In this document: one piece after another, positions 51,901-64,000 of the stretch
How positions within the stretch are numbered: position 1 is the stretch's first letter
Layout of the letters: each line of letters starts with the position of its first letter
Assembly: GCA_021613535.1 (NCBI GenBank)
Contig: CP075496.1
Coordinates: 5,084,001 to 5,148,000, forward strand
Origin: Adineta vaga
Lineage: Eukaryota; Animalia; Rotifera
Length of the DNA stretch: 64,000 nt
Direction of reading: 5' to 3'
Position numbers and translations under genes: made by a program
The notes under the pieces: model-generated
The model's input: the letters and a program-made list of their open reading frames with translations, nothing else
Told to the model about the DNA's origin: nothing
Databases searched by the model: none

Positions 51901-54900
51901 TGTTCTTGAGTATTAAATGAAATTAATCTTCGCGTTGGTAAAGATTCAAATGTTTTAAGTTCAGTATTGGATAATAGTAAATCAGTACTCGAAGAAAAAT
52001 CATTTGGAAATAGAAGATAAGCTGCTGATTGTTCCATAACAGTTTGAGCGTTTTTTATCGCTGTTTCTAATCTGAACGAAATAATTAAAGATCTATTCAA
52101 CAACAAATCCTTTCATACTTTAATCCATAATCATTAACAACATGATCTTTAGCGGTACCAGTAACACCATCATGATGTTGAAATACACCAAGATTTCGTC
52201 GAGCTTTGACTAATAGATTGAATAAATTATCTTTGGGAAATTGAGTATTGCTATTTTGTTCAAGTATTTTAGCATGTGCCAAAGAAAAAAGTATTTCACT
52301 TGCTCTACAAAACGAATTATATGAAATTTTCTATTCAATTAATAAATGTAAGAAGAAAAACCTTGAACTCGATTTTCTAGGTCATTTAAAAGTATGATTT
52401 AAAAAAAAGTTTTTCTATCAATCAAATGAATAATTACTCTAATTGTTTTTACTAATAATTGTATAGTAGCTATTACTTAATTATTCATGGTAAATTCAAA
52501 CTATCTTGCACTATAAAAGAATTTTGTAAATCAACTCATCATATGACTTTCTATCTGTTCCAAACAAAACGAAATTAGTAGTTACATGAATGTCTCCATA
52601 GACATTTCTAATCTAATTATCGAATTCATATTATATGTAATGAAGACGAATGAACATCATCTATTCTTTGTGAATCAATATTAATATATCAAGGGAAATA
52701 CGAGCATAGATTATTTGACATTCCCATTTTCTGATTGTTTTATAAATGCTAATGTGATTCTTTCATACAGATGCAATTGTTAGGCGAAATTATCTCGATA
52801 ACTTCATTTTCGCAATTTTGTTTTTATCTATAAAATATTCAATGAAATTATCTTCTTACCTAAGATATGATTCAACAATTCGATCCATTCGTTTAAAAAA
52901 TATTCTCGAAGTAAAATAACCACTCCAATAATGATCAGCACGATCAGCATATGTAAAAAAATCGCCCATATAACTTGGAAACTTTGATTGAGGATTTTCG
53001 TGAAGAAGTTCTTCAAAATAATCACTCAATGTACCAAATCGAGCCTGAAAAATCATGTCAATTTTGTACAAAATCGAATCGATTTAAAATTTTTACAAAT
53101 CTTACATCAACATTCCAATCGGTTCGTTGATTCATATATGTAAATAATTTATCATAATTTTCAAATTGTTTTTGTGCTTCATCCATGGATGTATAACGGA
53201 AATCATCACCTAATTGAATAAAAACGACATTTGTCTGATATAATTGAGATTTTTTCCGATACTGATCAAGTAGTGTTTCAGCTCTACATCATCAAAATAA
53301 GCGTACATAGAATAGAAATGAGAAATGATTGATCAAAAATCTACCTTTCCTCAACATTAGCATCAGTAATAAGGGCAGGATCTTTTCCCCATGGACAATT
53401 AACACTTGAACCACGTGCACGTTTGAAATCAAATTGACAACAAACTTTCGGATCAGGACCACATGTATGTGGAACGTCATATGAATAAAATGGAAGCACA
53501 TGTGTCATAATTCTTGTAGATGTAGTTCGATCTTTAATAATATAATTTCATTTTTGTTTTCTAAGAAAAGAAAAATTAATTACCCCATGTTTGTTGCCAA
53601 AGAAATTCTAATTGTTTTTGTTTAGCTAATTCTTTTTTTATATGATAATGAACGCTAAAATCAACAAGAAACAATAATAAGATTTTCTTCTGCTGCAATA
53701 CGAACCGTTGAATAGCCATATACTGCATGCCAGTACTACGCAGTAAATAAGCCATAGTTGGTGAATAACCAAATGGATCATTAGCCCAACCACTTTGTAA
53801 TGTAACATTTCCTGAAATGATAGAATATACCAATCAGTCTCTCTAATATCATGTGAAAGAAAAATGTTAGTACAAACCTAGAACATTTTCAATAAATTGA
53901 TGTCCTTCGATAAGTTGATCCAACATGGCAAAATAATGAGTATTTGCTTCATCATTCATTACCTAGAAAACAAAATTTTATATTGCTTATGCAAATAAAT
54001 CACTCGCTTACCCAACCACCAGTAACAATCTCTAATTGTTTATTATGAACAACTTTTCTTAATAATTGTCGTTGACTTGATGAAGCTTGATCCCACCATA
54101 AACTTAAGAAAGACATTTCTGCCCATACAAATTTATATTTCTTATTCTTATCGAGTATTGTTATTATTGTATCAATGATATATTTTGTTGCTTGTGTAAA
54201 ATATCCTTCAAATGTATGAATCCAACCTTAATAAAACAGACATAAAAATGCGACATAAATCTTTTATTTTGTTGAATATACCTGGATCACAATGAGAATG
54301 CGGCATAAGAATAACTTTTAATTTTTTAGAAGATGTCCATTGAGAAGGAGAATAATGAATATTAAAACCTTGTTTCCACACACCACCGTCAACATCATCA
54401 AATGGAAGTTTATCGTACAATTGACGAATCTTTTTAATAAAAGAATGGAGTTTATAAATTGAATGTAAGTGAATGAACTTACTTCGAATGTGGTTTTTGT
54501 CGGGGAAGATTCTCGCCAGGCACATCTTTCTTTTGCATTTGGTATTTCTTTCTTTTCAGTTGTTTTTACAATTGGTTTCTCTTTAGGAACTTCTACTTCT
54601 GGTTCTCGTTCTGGTTCTGCTGGACGAACGGGAGGCGGTGGTGGAATGGGATGTGCTTTTTGTTTTTTATCTACTTCTTTAAATGATTTATCCAGATTAT
54701 GAATTGATTCCTGAAGATGATCAAGACGTTCAGCAAGTTTTTGTCCATCTGCTTTCTATAAAATAGAAATACGATACTAAAAATCAGTTTATCTATCATA
54801 ATGGATCGTTTTACCTGATGTTCATTTCGATTTGGACTAACTGATTGAAGCATTGAATATAAAATAAATACCATTATAAGAAAAAAGGCTAGGAACAAAA

Positions 54901-54925
54901 AACGAGTATAACGCCGAGGAATCAT
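48951..54925 (-). CDS. MAN2A: Golgi alpha-mannosidase II (GH38), multi-exon
   Basis: Type II TM N-terminus; [67 protein letters not shown]. Confidence 0.95.
49899..50263. mobile_element. Fold-back/MITE-like element with nested inverted repeats and 27-bp direct repeats in the 1.07-kb MAN2A intron
   Basis: IR 49939-49969/50119-50149 (30/31 match); inner IR 49969-49990/50031-50052 (20/22); DR 49913-49939/50237-50263 (26/27). Mobility is inferred. Confidence 0.55.
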
Positions 54926-55570
54926 CTACAAAAGAAAATTTACAAATTAATATCATCATCGATTCTTCTATAATGATTTTATATCTTATAGTTTATACAT
55001 AATACTAGTCAAACTGAAGTATGTTCAACAATGAAACAATCAAGATATCTCCTTTATAATCTAAATTATCTGTTCTTTTTTTTTGATGATATCGAATCTG
55101 TATTAACATATATTCTGTTTTGACAGACACTCCTTATCATGCAATGCATCATTTAAATCTACAAAACATTAGAACAAGATCAAGAAAATGTTTTTATTTA
55201 TGTTTGTATAAATATTTCTTTTATACATAAAGCCATGTTTAACATTAATACACAACAAAAGAGAATGAGTGAGAGAAAATAAATGATAAATAAGACAAAT
55301 GATGGATTTGTATATAACAAAAAAAAATATTTTGTTGATAAAATATGAGAATCAAAAACAAAATGTACATGTAGGTAAATAGAATTATTTGATACATATA
55401 CTCAGAACTTTGTCTATATTCAACATGAAAATGCACATTTAAAGAAAAGAAAACCAAAGAGACGGAAACAATAAGTTTCTGGAATAGTTAGATTCTTTTA
55501 AACATCAAAAACAACAAGAAGAAAAAAATAGAGAGAATAATTTACTTTAAGACTTTGTTTTGTGTTTAGA

Positions 55571-57951
55571 TTATAGATAAAGACCATTAATTAAATAATC
55601 AGCATCTGTCGAGCGACTTTTCAGTACACGTCCTCGTTTCCACGAATCTCGACAATAGAATCCGACTAAAACAAGTAATATAATCGTAAACATTAAGCCA
55701 AGAAGAAACAATAAAATAACACTTGATTCACGTAAAAATGATTTGGTATGAGAATTATTATCTGATTCAACGCCATTGGCTAAAAAATAAAAATAAAAGA
55801 TATAAAATGATTTGTTCAGAAAGATCATTGAAATAAATCATATGAAAGCATAGAAAAGTGAAAAAAAAGCGAAATAATAACAACATCGAACTACCTCGTA
55901 TTAATGTTGTCATTGTACTATCTCGATTTATCGATGGATATCTAGTTTTGGCCGTCGTGTTGTTGTTGTTGTCACACTTTTCGATTTCTGTCGATAATTA
56001 TAACGATCTCCACGACGATCATCATACGTGGGTTGCCAATAATATCGATCACTATCATCATCACTACCACCTTCTTCGTCCTCATCATCAGTTACTTCGT
56101 CATCGCTCACTGTCGGTGGACGACGTAATTTCGACTCATTGTCATTATTCGTTTTTGATCGTTTAGTTGTCGTTGTTGCTATTGTTGTTGTAGTCTTTCG
56201 ATTGATCAGTTTCGATTGTTTCATCGTTGTTGTTGTTGTTGTTGTTGTTACCGTTGTTGATGTAGTCGTTTTTTGTCGATCGGCAATCCATTGCTGTTCT
56301 AATGCAAGTAGATGATCTTGAAAATTATCATCATCATTTGATGATGATGATCCTGTTTGATCCGGTTCTAAATTCGTATGATCTTGTTGTTGATGTTGAA
56401 TTAATGTTTGAAATAGATGATACCAAGCTTCAGGACCTTTGGTTTCTTCAAGATATTCTTTAAGTTTTTGTAACTTTGATACACGATCTTGTGTATCAAG
56501 ATCGACATTATATAAATAATTTGATGTTAAATTTTTCATTGCTTTATCTCCTGAAAGAAATCGTTCGGAATTATTCGATCAAAAATCAAATTTGTATTCA
56601 TGCCTTCACGATTTTTTGATTTGCTTTTTGATAACGATGATTTCGTACTAGTACTACTTTTCGTTAGACTTTTCATTGTTGTAGATTTTGTTATTACTGA
56701 GTCTTCATCGGCAATCTCATTGAGAACTTCATCAAGTTCTGTGTTAAGATCATTTTCAACATCAATCGAAGGTTTCTTCCGATTTTCTTGTTGAGTACGT
56801 TGATGAGCAATAAATTCTAATACAATGAAGGAAAATTTTCATAAATATCAATTGAAAAAAATCGTCACAATAACAACAACGACAACAACAACAACAACAA
56901 CAATAACAATATCGATTATATACCCGGTGAACACATTTCTTCATCAATTCCTGAAGGGCAATCTTCATAAGAATTGCAAACATCATAATACGGAATACAA
57001 CTTCCATCGCGACAAGAAAACTCTGTACTTCGACAAGTTGTAGCTAGATCAATTAAATTCAATGAAATATCATGTTCAAACTGATCCGAACGAGAGAAAG
57101 TAAAACAAAAGACAAAATTCTAACTTACAAAGTGTTGATGATGATGCATCTGATGTTTTGTCATTCGTTTTCGATTGTTTATTTGATGTTGGTGATTCAT
57201 CATCAGAAGATGGATCTTTTTTCAACATCATACTTGTGTAATCTTGATGAGATGCAAATGTACAACTACCATTACATGCAAATAAATAACATTTATAACC
57301 ATTCTAGAAGAAAATATAAACCAATCAATCAATCAACCAATAGATTTCCAATCAACTTACGTTTGAACGTTGTTCACTAAGCATTGCTAGATCACAATCT
57401 TTTTCTACACAACAATTTAACATACAAATATCTTTCAAATCAAGACCATGTGCTGCAGTTGGTTCTTCTAGTCGAACGAAACGTATCATTCGTGCACCAT
57501 TTTTTAATTCTTTAACTTTAACTAATTGTTCTGCTTTAACATCAAATTCATTGATACATAACGAAGCTTCTTCAGCATAATTTTCAGTTGTTGTCTTAAT
57601 TTTTTGTGAATTTCGATTGATTGTCTCAGATAATTTTGTTTGATTAGTATATTTTGATGCATGAGTTCGATGCACAGGTTTTTCTGATTCATCATTTGGA
57701 TCAACTTCCTCAAGAACTTTCTTTCGTGATGGAACTTTTTTTTCACGTTGAAATTTTGAAGATGATCCTTGATTATCATCAACTAGATCTTGAAAATATT
57801 CTTTATTGGAATGAGATTTATGTGACTTTTGACCATTGATTAGTTCGTCTAATTCATATGCATAATCATTATCATTGTTACTATCATTATGACGACGTAA
57901 ATCAACTCGAACGAATAAACAAAGAATAAAAAAGGGCAAAAAGAACTTCAT
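55571..57951 (-). CDS. LRP11-like type I membrane protein (MANSC/MANEC + LDLa + Thr-rich stalk + TM)
   Basis: Signal peptide; CMLNCCVEKDCDLA (MANSC); CRSTEFSCRDGSCIPYYDVCNSYEDCPSGIDEEMC (LDLa); TM; C-terminal DADYLINGLYL typical of LRP11/MANSC1. Confidence 0.85.
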
Positions 57952-58621
57952 CTAGAAAATTCGTTAATTGATTAAGTACAAATCTAATAAACTTCGATCA
58001 AAATGACCCGAATTCTCGTTAAATAAACAAATAACTAAAAATATCTGAAAGAATTCCATTATACATGGATAAACTAACCTTGGGCATAGGAAAACAACAT
58101 CATCTTACGAGTTATTGTCTAATAGCATAGAACAGATATCGACTTCGATAATAAGAAAATATCTGAAAACAAAAAATCAAACTACGTAATTCATTTTTAT
58201 TTAGGTTGTCTAAATAAATTCTACGAGAAACAAAAGAAACGATCAGACCAAAACAGGAAGGATTACAAATAAATGACTAATATACATACAAATAGTTTTT
58301 GCATGTTGTAAAAAAGAATCAAACACAAAACAAGAGGATTTTTTTAAAATTGATAAGGAAAAATCAATTGTGGAAAAACGAAGGTATCTTGAATTTTGGT
58401 TGTTGTTTTTTTTCATTATGTTGTTGGTGTTGACTAGATGACTATCTATTCATTTATGGTTTGTTCATTAATATTATGTAAACAGGAAATACCAATCAAA
58501 AATCAGCACCATTTTAATGTAAAAAAACAGGATAATGAGATTGCCAAAGAAGAAAAGAAAACATGTAAAAGTCAAATGAAGATTTATGTATATGTACTTT
58601 TGCAATTCATTCATTCATTCA

Positions 58622-60655
58622 TCATTGTTTATTGCTCATACGTATTTTACGTACTGAAAGATAAGAAGAAGATGAAAAATAAGGAATTTTAGTGATCTGA
58701 AATATTCAATGGAAGTTTTCTTACAAGCATCCAGATTTTGTTTGAGTTTTTCAGTAACGCGAACACGTGGTCCAAGTGTATCGAATTGTAAATTTAAACG
58801 AAGAAGTGTATTATTTTGGGCAATAGCATCAGCAACTTCCATTTCAACTCGATTACCAAGAATTTGTGAACGCTAAAAATACGAATACATAATTTCATCC
58901 TTCAAAAGATTTCTTCTACATTTCACATGAATATATTCTTGATTGTTCAGCAATGCTTACATCCTTTTCTCGTATAGAATCTTCTTTTATTGTATCTATA
59001 TGGCCTTTAAAGATATCGATTCAATTTTACAACATCTTGCACTGCTATATATAGTTCATGAATAGAATTGAAATGAGATTTTAATTAACTATTTCCATCT
59101 TTTGTCAAAACACGAAGATACATATTCAGTGAGTCATTTATGTATGACTTGTATTGAGAGAAAATAAACAAATATTAGCGAATGGCAATCATTTGTCTTT
59201 CGTCTCAACTAAGCATTTAAATTTTGCCTTGAAATGTAATCATGTACTGATAGACATGCTAGATAAATATTAGACGCTGTTTTGTTTTCAATACAAGATA
59301 ATCTTTACATGTTCTCTCACTTTCTCATACGAAAAGAATAGTTGTCAATTTGATCATAAAAGTTTTGTATGATATATCAATTGTGATAGATAACATTTGA
59401 GAAAGATCTTCTATATGGAATCAAAAACATTCCATTTCCTAGGTTTTTATCTAAAGGTCATATGATAGGAATGTTTTCTTTCTGCTTAGTTAAATAACAT
59501 CTGGAAGAAAAAAACAGTTTCTATTTACTTGATTTGAGAGACGTAATTCCAATAATGATTGATTTTTCGTTGTACTGCGTACAATTTCACTGACAATTAA
59601 ACCCGTTAAACGGTTCGATTCAGCATTAACAATTTTTAAAGTTGAATTTGCTTCAAGAAGTTCAGCAAGAACCTAAACGATAACAAATTTCAAAATAAAA
59701 AAATTGATTTTTCATATGGCAAACTGATTTGTTAAAACATACTCGACCAACGGTGTCTGTCATTCCAACATTTGCCATCTCAAGTGTTTCAACATGTGTA
59801 TTTTCTTTTAATGAATTAAGTAATTCTTTTAATACATCAGCTTTCACTTCTTTAATATTATTGATATTAATACGTGTAAAACCAGTTTCATTAGCTTTAG
59901 CTCTTTTAATACAATCTTCCACATCAGTTGTATTATCTGGTTCAGGTGGAATAATTCGTAATGGTTCACTTCGAGCAGCAGCTAGGAAAAAAAAACATAC
60001 ATTAATAGAATTTTAATCAAATAGATTCTTTTCTTTTTCTCGTACCATTCCATCCACCAACAGTTGATGGTAAACCTTTATCAGTTAATGCTGCATGGTA
60101 TTGAACTTGATTGATTAAACCAGTAAAACCGAGAATAGCTAGAAGAAAAATAAGAAAATTAATCAAATTGTTTTAATTGAATAAAACAAACAAACCAGCA
60201 AGTTCAACAATTTCCGATTCATTTGCATTGGTTAAAACATCATCCCATTCAGTTGAGACCATAAATTCATCATCTTCATCTTGAGATGGTTTAGTTACAG
60301 CAGGTGCTTGCCAAACTTTACCTTTTTTCTCGCCAGGAACATAAGATTTATAATGATCCCAATCTTTTTCATTTTTTCCTTGTTCAGTAAGAAATTCGAG
60401 AAGTTTTGTACGATCATATGGACCAGTTGAATCTTTAGATGTCTGTTGTTTACAACGTTCACTTGCTGGTAAATACGAATTCTAAATATTCAAAGAAACA
60501 AATCGATTTTGTTAGAAAGACGAATATTTCATATGATTTACTTCAGGATCGATGATATCATTGACTTTTTCCAGATCTTCTGCACTGAGAGCAGCAAGAA
60601 GAGCATCAAAATCATCCATACTGAAATTTTCAGTTGAATTTTTTGTTGTTGCCAT
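58622..60655 (-). CDS. TMOD: Tropomodulin, multi-exon
   Basis: DDFDALLAALSAEDL, DPE.SYLPASERCKQQTSKDSTGPYDR, ELAAILG, PPEPDNTTDVE, ININNIK, EMEVADAI..NNTLLRL; ends LRKIRMSNKQ-stop. Confidence 0.94.
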
Positions 60656-61235
60656 TGAGATTGTTATTTTGAAAACAAACAACAATTGAAAAAATGTTAG
60701 TCAATATAATTGTGAACAGTGTTCGAGAAGCGAATAGTCCTAAAAAAGGCAACAAAAACAAACATCGACATTAAGCAGAAATTAACCAATGAGAAATGAT
60801 ATAGATATAAAGAGAATTCTTTGGAGAGGATATTATAACCTTTTCCATTGGAGAATGTTTATGAAAGATTTTTTGTCATAATAGATATAGATGAACTGGT
60901 ACTGGTATTTTTCAACGTTAAATTCTTAATTATTTCGATTAGCAACAACAGTTAGAATGTTAGGTGAAGTAAAACGACAAAAGTATCCTGTCGAGATTAT
61001 TTATGATACTTCTTCTTTTTTTCCTAATAAACCAACTGCGTCTACATTAATACATCACAAGATAAATGTGCAAAAAATCTAGAAAGTGCAATGAAATAAT
61101 AGTGTTTTGGGGTGTGGAAAGTATCTGAAGTACGTAATCGATGACAATTGTTTCATCTTTGGCAAGAAAATAACGTGTTTTGTGAATAGATCATTCTTAT
61201 GAAAATTTTATTGTTTAATACGTTAGTTCTAATCA

Positions 61236-62093
61236 TTACAAATAAAGTAATCGAAAAAGTTCAATGTAAACTAGTACGAACGATAAGATCAGCGATAATT
61301 TCATAGATGATGCTGTTGAATTAAAAAACTGATTGTAATCAAATTTAGTCATTATATCTCGTCGTATGTTCTCGACATTTGTCATTGAATTACACTGACG
61401 ATCTTGTTGACATCGAACGAGTATAGAATCTAATTGAGTTCGATTATTAAGTATAAATTTGGTTTGATATAAAAAGAAATTGTAGCTAGTTCTATCCGAT
61501 GGACAAACGGCACATACGACTGTTTCTTGTGAATATTTGATGTCAATCATACATTTATTACAATTGCTCGGATCTGTTTTTGGACAAGCATCGGTCATAT
61601 TTTGAAATTCATAACATGAAGAACTATCAAAATTTTCCGAGGGCTGAATCAATGTATCATACGCATCAATGTGTTCTTCTGAAGAGAATTTTACAGCACG
61701 AAAACTTCGCTTTAAATTGTCGAGTGTATTACAGGGTGTTGAATTTGAAGAACCACACGTGTAATCAACATATTTAATAGTAGTATATATACCAGATGAT
61801 ATTATAACTCGACGATCTATTTCAATATTGACACTATCCAATGGAAACTTAACATTTGTACCATAAAAAACTTCAGTTACATTATTATTATACCAACTAA
61901 CACGTACATAACATCCTGTTTCTGCAGTTATTATTCGACAACGATTTTGAGTAGGTGACGGAAAATCGTCGATCGTTAATGAATAATCAAAATGCATTAA
62001 TGGACAATCATAACATGAATACGCGAAGAGAGATTGTATACTACCAAGTATGAATAGATATAAACAATAATGAAAATAATTAACGAGAGACAT
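61236..62093 (-). CDS. Cys-rich secreted/GPI-anchored surface protein, two Ly6-like halves possible; intronless
   Basis: Signal peptide, YSCYDC start, two C...CN motifs, several N-glycosylation sequons, hydrophobic C-terminus after a small-residue patch. Confidence 0.75.
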   Translation of the reverse strand: MSLVNYFHYCLYLFILGSIQSLFAYSCYDCPLMHFDYSLTIDDFPSPTQNRCRIITAETGCYVRVSWYNNNVTEVFYGTNVKFPLDSVNIEIDRRVIISSGIYTTIKYVDYTCGSSNSTPCNTLDNLKRSFRAVKFSSEEHIDAYDTLIQPSENFDSSSCYEFQNMTDACPKTDPSNCNKCMIDIKYSQETVVCAVCPSDRTSYNFFLYQTKFILNNRTQLDSILVRCQQDRQCNSMTNVENIRRDIMTKFDYNQFFNSTASSMKLSLILSFVLVYIELFRLLYL

Positions 62094-62610
62094 TCTTCGA
62101 AATGTAATTTCAGTTTAAAATAAAGAAGAAGAAAAGATGTTTTTACAACTGGACTATCTTTATAAATCAACAAAAAATGCCTATAAATTTTGTCACTTCA
62201 TAATGACAGAGATAAAAGAAAACATCATCTCTAAATCAACAATCTTATACATAAAGAAAAACATGTGTTTTGCATTCTATAAAAACAAAATCACCTTTCA
62301 GGTCAGTTTTTTGCGAATCCATGATTGATAGATTTAATCTTAGATTCATTAATGGACATATCATTCATCTTTTATTATGTCAAACATTTGAATAGACTCG
62401 ATCATTTACATATATTAGTCAAGTAACTTACACTCTATAAAGAAACAACATATATACATCAGTCTTTTTTAGTTCTATATGACTATTTAATGAACTATTA
62501 ACGTAAGGTACTTTCTTGCTCTCTCTCTCTCTCTCACTTTCTTCAAAGAAAAACAACTGGTATCTTACATGATTTAGCACACTAAACACGACAGTATCTG
62601 TTTCGAAAAC

Positions 62611-63518
62611 ATGAATAAAGTTAATAGGTCAGAAGAAAATCTAACAACTATTATGACGAATACATCTACGAATAATTATGATACGAATGGTGCTATGTTA
62701 TATATAATCACAGTTCTTCTTTGGTACTCAGTTGGTGTCATATTGATTTTAGCCATGCAAATGTCTGGTCGTTCTCATGAAATTGAAGATTCTGTAAAAC
62801 GTCGAGCAAGATATCTGATTCGAAACTTGAGTGATCATTATAATACACAAGAAATCTTAGGTAATTTATTGTAATATTTATGGTGATTTTAAATCTCAAT
62901 TCTTTTCTTTTTCCTGTAGAAGAATTAGCCAATAAACAAAATCGAGATCGACTTTGGAAGATATATATGGGTACCAATACTAAAGATTGTCTGATGGGCG
63001 CTGAAAATGTTCGTATTCGTCATATTAAAAAACAATTAGCAACTATAAAACGAAATCATCGAATAAAACATGATGGACTTTTCCCTTCAACAAACGAACA
63101 GACACATTATCTTCGTAGTCGTTCAGAATATCAATCAGATTTATCAGCACCAACGTCGACTCTTCGACGTCGCTCATCTTTTGATCAACAAGCTCTTGAT
63201 CGTTTGAAACAGTTTGATAATCAATCAAAATCATCCGAAACACAATTATTATGGTCAAGTCGAAAAACAATTATTCGAAAATATTTTCGACGTTCTACAA
63301 AAAAACCTTTTTTAACACCATCTCCACACACAGATTGTTCTGTTAGAATCGATAATCCAGAGCCAATGGGCTTTTCGACAACATCAAGTCCCACTTCGAA
63401 ACTTTCACGTCGTCGAACAGAAGCGAACATATCATTGATAACATCAACTATTGCCCATAGACAAAATCCTTATTTAAGTTATTTTTCCATTCCATCTACT
63501 CGAACAATAATAAGTTAA
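62611..63518 (+). CDS. Single-pass membrane protein with KCNE/SMIM34-like architecture, 2 exons (intron 62861-62919)
   Basis: The two ORFs join in frame (QEIL|EELA); N-terminal sequons NRS, NLT, NTS; no signal peptide; TM GAMLYIITVLLWYSVGVILILAM; basic Ser-rich tail. Confidence 0.7.
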
Positions 63519-64000
63519 TGATCGTTATTTGTTCTGTAATACTTCTCAAAATTAATAGACATTAAAATTTTTTCCGAACAGAAAAAGAAAGAAAAATTAT
63601 TTCAAATCAAACAAACAAAAATCTTATAGGCTCGACAAATACAAAGAAAATCAACAAAATGCAGCGCACAAATGGACGGAGCGAGAAGAACAAAGAGGAG
63701 GAAAAAAAACGCTTAAGTACAAAGATATGAGTAAATGCCCATATTCATGGCGCTATTACATACAATATACAAAAATCCGAAAAACATTTATACACACCAC
63801 AAGATTATTTAAGAAAAAGAAACAGGAGATCAAAGGTGAAGAGAAAAACAGAGCGGATAATCAAATAGAGGAAGCGTTCGTGATTCAACATGAGACTGAA
63901 TATATTTATCACTGTTGGTTAGTTAGAGAGGGAGAAAGAAGAAAAAGGAAGGAGAAAAAACTGATTATTGACGTCGAAAACGTTTGATATCATTATCCGA

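Noticed and set aside
56762-57043. Poly-Cys and poly-Thr ORFs
   Set aside because: They are translations of an (ACA)n microsatellite inside an intron of the LRP11-like gene.
1-64000. tRNA, rRNA, CRISPR arrays or transposase/RT ORFs
   Set aside because: None recognisable by eye; a covariance-model scan was not possible.

Overview
AT-rich, gene-dense animal DNA with very many short (about 45-65 nt) GT-AG introns. The style (tiny introns, compact intergenic spaces, intron-poor genes of apparently non-metazoan type among metazoan genes) resembles a bdelloid rotifer, but that assignment is inference. Bases 586-26809 hold a head-to-head type IV collagen pair: an alpha1-type gene on the minus strand and an alpha2-type gene on the plus strand, with ATGs about 930 bp apart and roughly 77 and 84 coding exons by manual count, including 8-10 nt microexons. 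A 3.2 kb island follows with a DUF4336/MBL-fold gene, an RFWD3-type RING gene, an orphan signal-peptide/KEDL gene and a SAM methyltransferase. After that come stum, a TEX2-like gene, an ACCS-like PLP enzyme, RASGEF1, MIOX, a quiver-like Ly6 gene, Golgi alpha-mannosidase II, a MANSC/LDLa receptor-like gene, tropomodulin, a Cys-rich surface protein and a KCNE-like single-pass protein. The most notable observations are: (1) the two collagen IV NC1 domains show reciprocal loss of the chloride-switch residues, and both carry extra C-terminal tails ending in LKKx plus Tyr/Gln-rich N-terminal extensions; (2) apparent 1-nt deletions in the alpha2-type NC1 exon and in stum, probably assembly errors; (3) a nested inverted-repeat element flanked by 27-bp direct repeats in a mannosidase intron; (4) a cluster of NR5A-type sites in a collagen intron. 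All homology calls come from recognised motifs, not database searches.
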